Below the pieces are notes generated by a model. That model was not told where the DNA came from and made no database searches. It worked only from the letters and a program-made list of their open reading frames with translations. A stretch of 64,000 bases of DNA from Planctomycetota bacterium (GTDB lineage Bacteria; Planctomycetota; GCA-002687715; DRQF01). The stretch is from the NCBI GenBank assembly GCA_036479435.1, contig JAZGFI010000271.1, positions 32,603 through 96,602 of the forward strand, given 5' to 3'. Positions 9,444 to 19,704 of the stretch are shown here, one piece after another; positions within the stretch are counted from its first letter, which is position 1, and every line of letters starts with the position of its first letter. The position numbers were made by a program, and so were the translations under genes.

Positions 9444-11122
9444 TCCACAGTTCCTTTGCGAATCACGAAGTCACCCAGCACCAAGGTATCGATGCCGGTC
9501 GACTGAAAACTCTCGATCGCCTCTTCGGGGCTACAAACGATAGGCTGGCCTCGCACATTGAACGAGGTGTTGAGGAGCATCGGCACGCCCGTCTTTTCCT
9601 CAAAGGCCGCGATCAGGGCATGATACCGCGGATTGTGCTCGGCCTGGACGGTTTGCACCCTTGCTGTGCCATCGATGTGCGTGACGGCCGGTATTTGCTC
9701 GCGACGTGACTCGATGACCGAAAAGACCTTGAGCATGTAGGGCGAAGGGCGGGCGTCGACGAACCACTCGCTGGCTTTTTCGGCCAGCACCGAAGGCGCA
9801 AAGGGGCGGAAGCCCTCACGGTGTTTGACGCGCGCGTTTAGGTGGTCTTTCATGTCTGAGCGGCGGGGATCGGCGAGCAGGCTGCGGTTGCCCAGAGCTC
9901 GAGGTCCGTACTCCATGCGTCCTTGAAACCAGGCGACGACGCGGCCAGCCGCGAGGTCCTCGGCGACATCTTGGAACAGATCAGTCGGTTGCTCGTACTT
10001 GAGGCCGGCGGCTTTTAGGGCGCGCTCGATCAGCTCAAAAGAAAACTCCGGGCCCAATCCCGCGCCGGGATAGGGATGGCGCTCTTTGACGCCGCCACGG
10101 TGATAGCTGGCCCACAGGGCCGAGCCCATGGCCGCCCCACTGTCATTGGCCGCCGGAGTGACGAAGACATCGTCAAAACCGGCCTCCCTTAAGATTCGGC
10201 CGTTCATGACGCTGTTGAAGGCCACGCCCCCGGCCAGGCAGAGATTCTTCATACCACTGGCTTCACGCAACTCTCGGGCCAACTCCAGAACCAGTTCTTC
10301 GAGGCGGGCTTGCAAGGAAGCGGCCACATCGCGGTGACGATCATCGAGTTCGGATTCGGGTTCTCGCGCGGGCCCCAGGCGCTTCACCAGGGCCGGGGAG
10401 AACTTGGTGCCCTTGCCGAGTTGGTACTGAAAGTAGCTCGTGTCGACCTCGTAGCGCATCGGGCCGGTTTTTCTCAGGATCTGCCGAAAGTCGTCCAAAA
10501 ACCTCGGCTCGCCGTAGGGAGCAAGGCCCATGACTTTCCCTTCGCCCGACATCGGGCGGTAACCGAGGTACTGCGTGACGGCCTCGTAGACTTTTCCGAT
10601 CGAATGAGGGTAGTTGACGCTGCCTAGAGTGCTGATTCGCTCGTTGCGTCCCTGCGCGAACAGCGTCGTCGCCCACTCCCCGGTTCCATCCAGAGTCAAG
10701 ATGGCCGCCTCGTCGAAAGGCGAGGGGTAAAAACTAGAGGCGGCGTGAGCCAAATGATGGGTCACGTAGTAAAAGCGGCCTTTGAAGCCGTAGTCGCGGC
10801 GGAGTTTTCTTTTTAGGCCCACCATCTCCGTCCACACCCCGGGTTGCCGGCGTGCATAGGTCAACGAGCCCGGCAAAGAGCGAACGAAATGCCAGGCGAA
10901 CTTGCCGAGGCCCGAGTAGGGATTCCAGTAGTAGGTCACCGCGTCGAGATCAGAAATCTTGATGCCGCGATAGTCGAGAATCGCCTCAATACTCTGAGTG
11001 GGAAAACCACCTTGGTGTTTGCGGCGTGTCAGGCGCTCCTCTTCGATCGCGAAGTCGATGCGACCGTTGTCGATCAAGGCCGCGCTGCAATCGTGAGTCG
11101 AGTTGAAACCGAGTACGAGCAC
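9440..11122 (-). CDS. Carbamoyltransferase, NodU/CmcH/TobZ family
   Basis: HDCSAAL, EEERLTRRKH, HHLAHAAS, DGTGE, EGKVMGLAPYG, GPRALGNRS, RPFAPS, NTSFN. GTG start overlaps the upstream TAG. Confidence 0.95.
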   Translation of the reverse strand: MLVLGFNSTHDCSAALIDNGRIDFAIEEERLTRRKHQGGFPTQSIEAILDYRGIKISDLDAVTYYWNPYSGLGKFAWHFVRSLPGSLTYARRQPGVWTEMVGLKRKLRRDYGFKGRFYYVTHHLAHAASSFYPSPFDEAAILTLDGTGEWATTLFAQGRNERISTLGSVNYPHSIGKVYEAVTQYLGYRPMSGEGKVMGLAPYGEPRFLDDFRQILRKTGPMRYEVDTSYFQYQLGKGTKFSPALVKRLGPAREPESELDDRHRDVAASLQARLEELVLELARELREASGMKNLCLAGGVAFNSVMNGRILREAGFDDVFVTPAANDSGAAMGSALWASYHRGGVKERHPYPGAGLGPEFSFELIERALKAAGLKYEQPTDLFQDVAEDLAAGRVVAWFQGRMEYGPRALGNRSLLADPRRSDMKDHLNARVKHREGFRPFAPSVLAEKASEWFVDARPSPYMLKVFSVIESRREQIPAVTHIDGTARVQTVQAEHNPRYHALIAAFEEKTGVPMLLNTSFNVRGQPIVCSPEEAIESFQSTGIDTLVLGDFVIRKGTVD

Positions 11123-12195
11123 TAAAAGCGACCTCGCCGGCGAAACAATAGGTTCATCTCTGTGTGGCAATTCCAATAGCAATCGCGGCAAGCTCGCGTC
11201 TCTTTGATCGCCTTGGAGTGCTCTTCGCTCCCCCACCACTCCCTCAGAGAAGTCCGGTGAAGGTCGCCGCAGGCGCGGTCGGCGGCGTTGTAGGGCATGC
11301 AGGGGTAGATTCTTCCCAGCTCATCGAAGACGAGATGATTGACGCCCGTGTGACAGGTCATCTCGGCGGGTTCGCCGCGAAGGGCGCGCGGGAAAAGATC
11401 GAGGTAGGCCTGCGAGTTGTCGAGAATCGAAGAAGTCGAGCGGAGCTGCTTCAGCTTATTGTCCAAACCGTCCATCGACGCCGCGTCCATTGCCGCCGCC
11501 GGTACTCCGCCAATCTCGTGTCGCGGGATAAAACCGAGGCCGTCGACGCCGAGTTCCTCGGCTAGCCGATGGAGACCATCGACGTCCGTTTCGGCATCGA
11601 CCACGCTGACGATGACCAAACGTGGTCGCGATGAGGGTTTTCTCGCCGCCTTCAGTAGCTCCAAACCCTGGCAGGCCGCATTGAAAGCACCCTCGCGGCC
11701 ACGGAGCTCATCGTGTTGCCCTGCCTGCGAGGCATCGAGGCTCACATTGACAGAATCAACTCCCAATTCGACGATCCGAGATGCAAAATCCTCGTCAATC
11801 TTGGTCGCGTTGGTGTTGAGGTGGACGACCATGCCCTCGGATTTCGCGAGTTCAATCAAGTCGAACAGCCGGGGATACAAAAGCGGCTCCCCGCCCGTGA
11901 TACCGAGCCCCATGGTTCCCAGCTGCGCTAAGTCAGAAACTGCGGCGCTAATCGCATCCCATGAAAGGCGCTCTCCTTGGCGCGCCCCACCGGCTGAGCG
12001 CCACGCGTCGCAAAACACACAACGCAAGTTGCAGGAGTAGCTGACGACAAAACTCGCAAAAACCGGCCCCGTGATGGGTCGGGCGCGGTGAGTCGCTAGC
12101 GGTGTCGACAAATACCGAGTCGCCCCGCGCAAAAGCCAACCCGGCCGAAATCGCGCCAGTCCTTCGCGCAGAAAATGGCGGTATTGCTGCCTCAT
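11122..12195 (-). CDS. Radical SAM / SPASM-domain protein
   Basis: CNLRCVFC, TGGEPLL, C...IYPC...CRDCYWNC. ATG at 12195 overlaps the upstream TGA. Confidence 0.9.
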   Translation of the reverse strand: MRQQYRHFLREGLARFRPGWLLRGATRYLSTPLATHRARPITGPVFASFVVSYSCNLRCVFCDAWRSAGGARQGERLSWDAISAAVSDLAQLGTMGLGITGGEPLLYPRLFDLIELAKSEGMVVHLNTNATKIDEDFASRIVELGVDSVNVSLDASQAGQHDELRGREGAFNAACQGLELLKAARKPSSRPRLVIVSVVDAETDVDGLHRLAEELGVDGLGFIPRHEIGGVPAAAMDAASMDGLDNKLKQLRSTSSILDNSQAYLDLFPRALRGEPAEMTCHTGVNHLVFDELGRIYPCMPYNAADRACGDLHRTSLREWWGSEEHSKAIKETRACRDCYWNCHTEMNLLFRRRGRF

Positions 12196-13208
12196 GAAAA
12201 TCTCGGACTGACGACGGAGGTGTCGTACTCGCCGCAACGTGCACACAGCGGTGGGAAGTCCTTGGCCAAATGGCGCCGCCGAAGATCTTGCATGATCTCG
12301 CCGTTCCAAATCTCCTCTACGCTTTGGTCAGCGACCTGGCCGAGAGCGAGTTCTCCCTCAAAATCGCGACAGCATGGCACCGCGCGCCCGTCGCTCAACA
12401 CCACCATGGCTCCTCGCCACAGCTCGCGACAGGGCTTGCTGCGTATTTCGTCTCGGAAACGGGGGATGAACTGAACGCGATCGACCAGTTGCTCCCACTC
12501 TGTTCGAACGTCCGAAGCCTCGGCTTCGTTCTCTTGCCAGATCGTCATGTTGACGTCGATTTGAAGGGCGTGCTCGGCTTGGTCGCGCATCTCAACCAAA
12601 CGCTCGACGTTGGCGCGAAACTTCTCGTAGGGAAAGCCACGGATCTTTTCGTGAGTCTCAGGTCGGCCATCAACCGAAAAAGTGATGCGCTCTAATCCAC
12701 AATCCAGAATGCGCTCACAAACTTCGCGGGTGAGGGTCGTGCCGTTTGAGGTAACCATGACGCGAATCCCGCGATCGGCGGCATAGCGAACTCGTTCGAA
12801 AAAATCAGCGACAAGCAACGCCTCCCCCCACTGGAACATGAGGATCAGTTCGAGATTCGGACTTGCGTCGACAATCTGGCGAAAGGCCTCAAATTCCAAG
12901 TCGCGTTTCTCACGAGTCATCCCGTTGTTGACCGGGCACATGACGCAAGCGAGGTTGCAACGATTGGTTGTTTCGAGGTTGAGAGTCGTCAGTCGGTGTC
13001 CATGCGAACGCCCCAGACGGAAGGCCAGTTCGTTGCGAGCGCCGGCCCACATCGAGCCCAAAGTTGGGTACTTAATCGCAAGGAAGCGGTCGAGTTCCGG
13101 CTTGCCAAGATAATGGCGCGCAATCAGGCGCGTGAGGATCGAGCCCTCAGTCCCAGCCCCTTGCTTCCGCTTTGGACTTGCCTTGCTTGATTGATCCTTG
13201 AGCGACAT
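12192..13208 (-). CDS. Radical SAM / SPASM-domain protein
   Basis: ETTNRCNLACVMC, WGEALL, C..LW...DGRAVPCC.D...CARC. Confidence 0.9.
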   Translation of the reverse strand: MSLKDQSSKASPKRKQGAGTEGSILTRLIARHYLGKPELDRFLAIKYPTLGSMWAGARNELAFRLGRSHGHRLTTLNLETTNRCNLACVMCPVNNGMTREKRDLEFEAFRQIVDASPNLELILMFQWGEALLVADFFERVRYAADRGIRVMVTSNGTTLTREVCERILDCGLERITFSVDGRPETHEKIRGFPYEKFRANVERLVEMRDQAEHALQIDVNMTIWQENEAEASDVRTEWEQLVDRVQFIPRFRDEIRSKPCRELWRGAMVVLSDGRAVPCCRDFEGELALGQVADQSVEEIWNGEIMQDLRRRHLAKDFPPLCARCGEYDTSVVSPRFS

Positions 13209-13359
13209 GGCGGGATGTGGTGGCTCTCTGTGCGCTTGCTCTCGTCAAAGAATGGTACGGCGACAGGAGCCAAGCCCCAAATCCACATTCATTTTTTGGC
13301 GGTCAATAATCGGGGAAGGAGCCAAGAGGCAGTGAGCAACAGGGGGCTCAGTTTGAGAG

Positions 13360-15024
13360 CTATTTGAGCACCGGGTGGATCCTGAGAAACACAAAGTCCT
13401 TGGTTAGCTCGACGGATTTACCACGAATGATCGCGCTGCGTCCTCGATCAACGGCACCAATCTGCAGGGTTTGCCCGACCAAAAACTGGTCAATGACGTA
13501 GTAACCCTGATCATCGGTGGTGATGACGATGTCCTTGCCCAACGCTGGCCCAAAGTCGAAGTCGTCGAGCAAAGTCACAAATACCGAAGCATTCGGTATC
13601 GGCTGACCATCCTCATCCAGGACTTGGCCTTCCAGTCGATGGCCGTTTTCCATTTGATAGTCGAAGCGAGCGCCGGGTTGTCCGTAGGTGGCTTCATCAA
13701 TTCCACGTTCAAAGCCCATCGCGAAATCGCGGTGATAGACCAAGGCGGTGTAGTGCGCACCCTTGATGAGACCCGTCGCCAAGAAGTTGCCGTTGCCATC
13801 GGTCTCAACGATTGGTGGACGGTGCCGCGAAGAACTCAAAAAGACACCATCTGATTGAGATTCGAAAACGACCCGAGCGCCTCCAACCGGAAGACGGCCG
13901 CGGCCTACCATGGTCACGGTGCCGCGGAGGGACCATGTCGACAACACTTGCACACGCTCAGTTAGGGCATCAAGACTGCCGTCGCCATGTACAACGACGG
14001 CTTGGGTCAAGCGCTTGCGCCCAAGGCCGAACTCAAGGCTTTCCGCTTCAATCATGTACTGCCGGCGAGGCATCAACGATTCGAAAACCGCAATGCCGTT
14101 GCCATCCGCGTAATTCTCGGCAACTGTCAAACCGGCGTTCAGCTCAATCAATCGAACTTTGGCGTCGGAAATCGGATTGCCTTCAAAATCGACGACTTCA
14201 ACCTGGAGACGACCACCGCGCCGCAAATTGAAATTCTGCCAGTCCACCGTACCGTGCTCGCCGGAAACTCTAAAGTTTCGAACTTCGCGTTGGTGGTTGG
14301 CAGACAAGACCCGCAAGGTCACCACTTCGCCCTGCACCACGCTGGGGAAGCTGTAGCGACCGTTGACATCAGAAGTCGTCACTTCCCGACGATCGAGGTC
14401 ATGCCAAAGCTCAACGCTAGCGTTAGCAACGGTGCCACCTTGTTCGTCGAAAATATTGCCCGTGATGGAGAACGCGGCCTCGACCTTGATTCTTTTGAAC
14501 CCCGGATCAATGAGACGAAAGCGTTTCGCCGGGTAATTGGCACCGGCCTTAACGACCAACTCATAGATCACGCCAATTTCACGGGGCAAGGCCAGACGGC
14601 CTTCCTCGTCGGCGACCAAATCTTCCGCCGTTAGCGGCGGTGTGATATCGAGACTTTCAGCCGTAGCAATCGTGAAGGCGGGCCGCGCAATCCAGGTCAC
14701 TTCCGCATTGGGAATCGGATTGCCATCGGGGCCAACAATGGCGAGTTCAAAGACCTGCGCACGGGGCGAAGGTTCGGGCACCGCAACTTCTTCAGGTTCG
14801 GCCGCATCGCGCGGAGCGTTGCCGAAGGCCAAAACTCGACCGCTCGAAGCATCCCGGTCGTTGCGAGCTAAGGTCGCGTTGACCACCGGCGACACGTACT
14901 CACCCTTGAAAGTGGGGGCGGCCTGCGTGGCACTGTCTGAAACCGAAAGGATGAGATAGAAAGCTAGCGCCAACCCGATTCCGGGCAGTGCGATGAGCAA
15001 TCGATCTCTGCGGTTCCGTTGCAC
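13360..15024 (-). CDS. Membrane-anchored protein with repeated carboxypeptidase-regulatory-like (Ig-like) domains
   Basis: N-terminal TM helix; repeated G.V.D..G.PI.NA.V...TD..G.Y modules. Confidence 0.75.
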   Translation of the reverse strand: MQRNRRDRLLIALPGIGLALAFYLILSVSDSATQAAPTFKGEYVSPVVNATLARNDRDASSGRVLAFGNAPRDAAEPEEVAVPEPSPRAQVFELAIVGPDGNPIPNAEVTWIARPAFTIATAESLDITPPLTAEDLVADEEGRLALPREIGVIYELVVKAGANYPAKRFRLIDPGFKRIKVEAAFSITGNIFDEQGGTVANASVELWHDLDRREVTTSDVNGRYSFPSVVQGEVVTLRVLSANHQREVRNFRVSGEHGTVDWQNFNLRRGGRLQVEVVDFEGNPISDAKVRLIELNAGLTVAENYADGNGIAVFESLMPRRQYMIEAESLEFGLGRKRLTQAVVVHGDGSLDALTERVQVLSTWSLRGTVTMVGRGRLPVGGARVVFESQSDGVFLSSSRHRPPIVETDGNGNFLATGLIKGAHYTALVYHRDFAMGFERGIDEATYGQPGARFDYQMENGHRLEGQVLDEDGQPIPNASVFVTLLDDFDFGPALGKDIVITTDDQGYYVIDQFLVGQTLQIGAVDRGRSAIIRGKSVELTKDFVFLRIHPVLK

Positions 15025-15092
15025 GCCGAGGGCGTTCCTTTCGCGACTTCAGCGAACGGGGACTTTCCCCACTCGCCCTTTCGTCTATCGAC

Positions 15093-15130
15093 CAAGTTGA
15101 CCAGTCAAGTTGACCAGTCAAGTTGACCAG
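15093..15130. repeat. Tandem repeat, 3 x 13 bp (CAAGTTGACCAGT)
   Basis: Read directly from the sequence; the third copy matches 12/13. Junctions form near-palindromic TTGACCAGTCAA. Confidence 0.9.
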
Positions 15131-15594
15131 GCTTGGCACAGGGTACTGAGGCACTCGCCACGGATCACCCACCAGGGCGATTCCACACCGCGTGCCGCAT
15201 CGGGCTCACCGGACTCTCATGCTCAACGGATCTACAGAGCTTTTTTTGCTGGCACCGTCAAACGGAGGGCCGCGAGCCTTCACGTAAGGATCATCCTACC
15301 GGTCCTTTCTGGCGGCGTCCACGATCCATTTGGGCCTTTCGTCGATTCCTAAGTTTCCCTGCAACATGCCGGAAGAGGAACAAATCTAATCACTTGCAAT
15401 CAAATGGGTTAAATGACGCAGATGCCGCAGGATTTGGAGATCGGCCTAGAGAGAGTTGGGCAAAGTGCGTTTTCATGCAATTTTGGGCTCAGCCGATCAA
15501 AAAGCCCCGTAAGGGCCCGAATCGGGCTCGTACGGGGCAGTTCGCTGCGATATTGTCCTAGACGGCCTTGGCTGCGCCAAAGGGCATCAAGGAG

Positions 15595-16095
15595 CTAAAA
15601 GGGGATGTCGTCCTCATCCATTTGGGGTGCGGCCGGGCGTTCGAAGCTCGGAGCCGGCGCGTAACCGCCACCAGCTGCGGCGGCGGGGGCGTTTTCTTGC
15701 GGCCGGTTGTATCCGACTTGGCCGCTGGCTTGACCGCCGGCTTGCGCACCACCACCCTCTTCACGGCCGCCGAGAAACTGAAAGTTCTCGATAACGACCT
15801 TCAGCTTGTTGCGTTTTTGCCCGTCTTGAGTTTCCCAGCTTTGGAAATCCAGGCGGCCCTCGACGAACAAAGGCTTGCCGCGCTTCATATAGCGCCCCAA
15901 AGTCTCGGCTTGACGCCCAAACGCGGTCAGGTCGACGTAACAGACTTGCTCACGCTTCTCGCCGGTCTGCGGGTCGTTGCGGATGCGGTTGATGGCCATT
16001 CCAAGCTCACAAACGGCCGTCCCACTGGGGAGGAACTTGGACTCGGGGTCGCGGGTGAGGTTGCCGATCAACATGACTTTGTTGAGGTTCGCCAT
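15595..16095 (-). CDS. ssb: Single-stranded DNA-binding protein
   Basis: NKVMLIGNLTRDPE, Gly-rich linker and C-terminal DDIPF. Confidence 0.98.
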   Translation of the reverse strand: MANLNKVMLIGNLTRDPESKFLPSGTAVCELGMAINRIRNDPQTGEKREQVCYVDLTAFGRQAETLGRYMKRGKPLFVEGRLDFQSWETQDGQKRNKLKVVIENFQFLGGREEGGGAQAGGQASGQVGYNRPQENAPAAAAGGGYAPAPSFERPAAPQMDEDDIPF

Positions 16096-16452
16096 AAGAA
16101 TGCTCCAGTCGATTTAAGTTTCGTGAGGGCATGAATTCGAGAAGTCACGTCGATCTCGATCGCTGCGATGGCCCGGGCCAACGCGCTCGAAGTAGATCGA
16201 CAACATCTCGTCAGAGGCCGGTTGTGGGTATCTGCACGCAGAACCCGGAATTTTCGCCCTGAGGTAAGGCCAGGTGCCTTACTTAGACGACAAGTAATAC
16301 TTGGCGGCCAGCGCCAATCGGAGACCGGCGGTTTGACCAAAGTCTGCGCCACCGACAGGTCGGGCCGCAGGGTAAGTCTGCGAGCCAAAAGATCGATTCG
16401 CTGGGTTTCCCGTCTTAGCAAACTCGACGGACAAGAATCGGAGTCAAGAGGC

Positions 16453-16818
16453 ATGGATGACATGAACCGCAAAGAGCGGCGCGCCAACAAACGCCTGTCG
16501 ATCAATCAAAACTTCGAACTCTTCCTCGGCGACGAAAAGATTGCCTGTCAGCTTACCGACCTTTCGCCCAACGGTTTGGGCCTGATCGCATCAAGTCCTC
16601 TACCCGAACTAGCCGTCCTCGGCTTAGAGCTGGAAATCGAAGGTCACGAAGGGCGCCCTGATCTGCGCATCACCGCGACCGCCGTGGTCATTCATTGCAT
16701 CAAAGACGGCGAGCAATACCAGGTCGGCCTGTGGTTCCAAGAGATCTCAGAATTCCTGAAACTCAACATCGAACGCTACACCCTCAACCTCGCCTCAGAA
16801 GAACCACAAGCGATATAG
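16453..16818 (+). CDS. PilZ domain protein
   Basis: ERRANKR (RxxxR) and DLSPNG (DxSxxG). The start is uncertain (16453 or 16462). Confidence 0.8.
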   Translation: MDDMNRKERRANKRLSINQNFELFLGDEKIACQLTDLSPNGLGLIASSPLPELAVLGLELEIEGHEGRPDLRITATAVVIHCIKDGEQYQVGLWFQEISEFLKLNIERYTLNLASEEPQAI

Positions 16819-16837
16819 ATCGCGTTCTAGTTCGCGT

Positions 16838-17836
16838 TCACTCCTTGGACGCGGAACGCGGCACAAAGTGACGGGCGAATTCCGCACTGAAATCCTCGCG
16901 TGTCGCGGCGAACATCCGCTCGCGGCCAGAGAGGTCTTTTTTGACTCCGTAGCTGCCCCAGATTCCCTGCCGCGCCGCATGCTCTTCCAAAGCGGCACCC
17001 CCCTCCGCTCCGAGCTCCAAAAACACGGCCCCCTGCGGACGCAGATAGGCCGCAGCGCCGTCGAGGATCGCGCGGTGAAAAAACAGGGAGTCCTGCGGAG
17101 AAAACAGAGCCGCCCTCGGCTCGAAGTCACGAACGTCCGGCATCAGCTCGGCTGCTTCGTGCCGCTCAATGTAGGGAGGATTCGACACAATGATGTCGAA
17201 TCCCTCGTTCGCGGAACCATCATCGTCCGCAGTCGAAACCGAGGCCTCTCCAAGTGGTGCGAAAAGATCGCCTCGAAGCCAACGAGCGCGGTCTGACACT
17301 TCGAGCAGTTGACCGTTGCGATCGGCAATCGTAAGCGCGCTCGCTTCGATATCGATGCCGAGGCCACGCGCACTTGGATGGCGCAGTAAGAGCGAAATCA
17401 AGATGCACCCGGAGCCGACGCCGAGTTCGAGAAACCGAAGAGGAGCCGAGGACGAAGGACTTTCTGCGTCGCCTAGACTTTGGCGGCCGTTGAGATACTC
17501 ATCCGCCCACAACACCAACTCTTCGGTTTCGGGGCGGGGAATAAGAACGCCCGGCCCGACTTCAAAAGTCGAGTCGAGGAAATCACGCCGTCCAAGAATA
17601 TAGGCAAGAGGCTCAAAGCCGAGCCGCCTTTTCACCAGGGCGCGAAAGCTCCCGCGCCGCTCAGAATCGACGGGCATATCGAACTTCGTATAGAGCTGAA
17701 TGCGCTCGAGGCCAAGCGCTTCCCCCAGCAAGAGGTCGGCCTCGAGTCGCGCATTCTCAAAACCCCGCTTCCGAAAGAGCTCGGCCGCAGATTCGGCGAG
17801 CCCGCCCAGTGTCCAAATCGGCTCCGGTGTCGGCAT
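16838..17836 (-). CDS. prmC: Release factor glutamine methyltransferase
   Basis: EPLAYILG, VLIPRPETEELV, ELGVGSGCI, SNPPY. Confidence 0.95.
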   Translation of the reverse strand: MPTPEPIWTLGGLAESAAELFRKRGFENARLEADLLLGEALGLERIQLYTKFDMPVDSERRGSFRALVKRRLGFEPLAYILGRRDFLDSTFEVGPGVLIPRPETEELVLWADEYLNGRQSLGDAESPSSSAPLRFLELGVGSGCILISLLLRHPSARGLGIDIEASALTIADRNGQLLEVSDRARWLRGDLFAPLGEASVSTADDDGSANEGFDIIVSNPPYIERHEAAELMPDVRDFEPRAALFSPQDSLFFHRAILDGAAAYLRPQGAVFLELGAEGGAALEEHAARQGIWGSYGVKKDLSGRERMFAATREDFSAEFARHFVPRSASKE

Positions 17837-17854
17837 CGGGGTCTTGAAAGCCGC

Positions 17855-18616
17855 TTAGGCCTTCGCTTCGTCCTTGGGAGCGGCCTTCGCATCTTTGCCG
17901 GACTTGTCGCCCTTGCCTCGATTCGAACGTTCGCGGCGTACGGGCTTACTGTCTTCTTTTGGTTTGCCCTTCATCACGGCGACAACCACCGAACCAAGAA
18001 TGAAGACCACCATGAAGATGACGGCCAAAGAGGTCAGGTAAAAACCAGTTCCAAAACTACCCCAAGCACCTTCGTGCTTGGCGCGCACCGCCGGATCGAC
18101 CTGACCACCCATCGTGTCAAAGTGACCGGTGATGAGGTCGACAACGCCCCAATTCGCGTTGTCACGCGCCAACTCGAAGGCGTCAAAGATGGCAATGGCG
18201 CGCGGGTCTTGGTCATCTAGGTCCTTGCGAATTTGCGTCGCCGTCTCTTGGTGCGTGAAGAGATCCTGGTCGCGGTGGTCCGTCACGGCGCGGTACTGCA
18301 GCAAAAGGCAAATAACGGCGACGATTTCGAGGGTCAAAAACGGCCACAGGGTAAGCCGGCGGCTCTTGATGCTGGCGATCCCCGTCCAGGTCGCGCCGAT
18401 GGCGAAGACCAAAAGGATGGCCTGCAACAGGTTCGGCAACTGCGGCTCCCCGAGGCCGCGCCAAGGCAAGACGGTGCCGACAATCATGGCCACCGCAACC
18501 CACAAGAACAGGTAGAACTGCTTAAACACCTGTCCCGGAACGTAGACGTGCTGGAAGGTGACGTCGTACACCGGTTGCGGCTGCGGGATTGACCCCATGT
18601 CTTGTTGATCGGCCAT
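17855..18616 (-). CDS. Hypothetical membrane protein (about 4 TM helices)
   Basis: Hydrophobic helices and a basic C-tail; RBS GGAG; lies between prfA and prmC. Confidence 0.7.
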   Translation of the reverse strand: MADQQDMGSIPQPQPVYDVTFQHVYVPGQVFKQFYLFLWVAVAMIVGTVLPWRGLGEPQLPNLLQAILLVFAIGATWTGIASIKSRRLTLWPFLTLEIVAVICLLLQYRAVTDHRDQDLFTHQETATQIRKDLDDQDPRAIAIFDAFELARDNANWGVVDLITGHFDTMGGQVDPAVRAKHEGAWGSFGTGFYLTSLAVIFMVVFILGSVVVAVMKGKPKEDSKPVRRERSNRGKGDKSGKDAKAAPKDEAKA

Positions 18617-18627
18617 TTCCTGGTCTC

Positions 18628-19704
18628 CTAATCGTCGAGGTCTTGGAGCTTTTGCTCCTTGTCGTATTCCATCATCGGTTCAAGCATGGGGTCCAAATCT
18701 CCCTGCATGACTCGGTCGAGACTATACAGGGTCAAGTTGATCCGGTGGTCTGATACGCGATTTTGGGGAAAGTTATACGTACGGATGCGTTGACTGCGGT
18801 CACCACTACCGATGAGCTGCTTGCGGGCCGAGCTGCGTTCGGATTCGCGCTTTTGTTTTTCGACTTCGTACAGGCGACTGGCGAGGATCTTCAGGGCCCT
18901 GGCCCGGTTTTTGTGCTGTGACTTTTCGTCCTGACAAGTCACGATCAGCCCAGTAGGTTCGTGCGTGATACGAATCGCACTCGAAGTCTTGTTGACACTT
19001 TGGCCCCCGGGGCCGGAGCTACGGTAGGTATCGATGCGCAGGTCTTGTTCCCGGATGTTGACTTCTACTGCCGTCGCTTCGGGCAGGACGGCTACCGTTG
19101 CCGCCGAGGTGTGAATGCGGCCCTGAGACTCGGTCTCGGGAACTCGTTGCACGCGGTGACCGCCCGATTCGTACTTTAAACGCCGGTAGACGCCATCGCC
19201 ACTCACGTTGAGCGTGATTTCCTTGAAGCCGCCAACACTACCTTCACTCTCGTTGAGGATCTCGAGCTTCCAGCCCTTGAGCTCGGCGTAAAGGCTGTAC
19301 ATTCGAAACAAGGAGCCGCAGAATAGCGCCGCCTCGTCGCCGCCTGTGCCGGCTCGAATCTCGACGATAGCGTTGCGGTTGGCATCTTCGTCGTCGGTGA
19401 CAAAAATCTCACGAAGGCCTTCAAGACGCGCCTTAAGCTGGGTTTTCAGATTGGCGGCTTCAACTTCGAACAGCTCTTTTTCTTCGGGGTCGTCCAGGGT
19501 GCCCGCCAGCTCCTCGGCGTCGGCAAGTTCAGACTGGGCGCTGCGGAATTCGCGGTAGGCTCTGACCTTGCTTTCAAGGCCTCCGCGTTCCTTGAGGAGG
19601 GTCGTAAACCGAAGCTGATCGGCGATTACGACCGGGTCAGCGATCAAGATATCCACCTCGTCAAATCGCTTGGATAGGTTTTCGAGCGCGTCGAGAAAAG
19701 CCAT
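18628..19704 (-). CDS. prfA: Peptide chain release factor 1
   Basis: EIRAGTGGDEA, HRVQRVPETE (PxT motif), GGQ, RTYNFPQNR. Confidence 0.97.
   Translation of the reverse strand: MAFLDALENLSKRFDEVDILIADPVVIADQLRFTTLLKERGGLESKVRAYREFRSAQSELADAEELAGTLDDPEEKELFEVEAANLKTQLKARLEGLREIFVTDDEDANRNAIVEIRAGTGGDEAALFCGSLFRMYSLYAELKGWKLEILNESEGSVGGFKEITLNVSGDGVYRRLKYESGGHRVQRVPETESQGRIHTSAATVAVLPEATAVEVNIREQDLRIDTYRSSGPGGQSVNKTSSAIRITHEPTGLIVTCQDEKSQHKNRARALKILASRLYEVEKQKRESERSSARKQLIGSGDRSQRIRTYNFPQNRVSDHRINLTLYSLDRVMQGDLDPMLEPMMEYDKEQKLQDLDD

Noticed and set aside
4224..13360. RiPP cluster interpretation of the radical SAM operon
   Set aside because: No precursor peptide, PqqD/RRE domain, peptidase or exporter is seen, and the context is glycosyltransferases.
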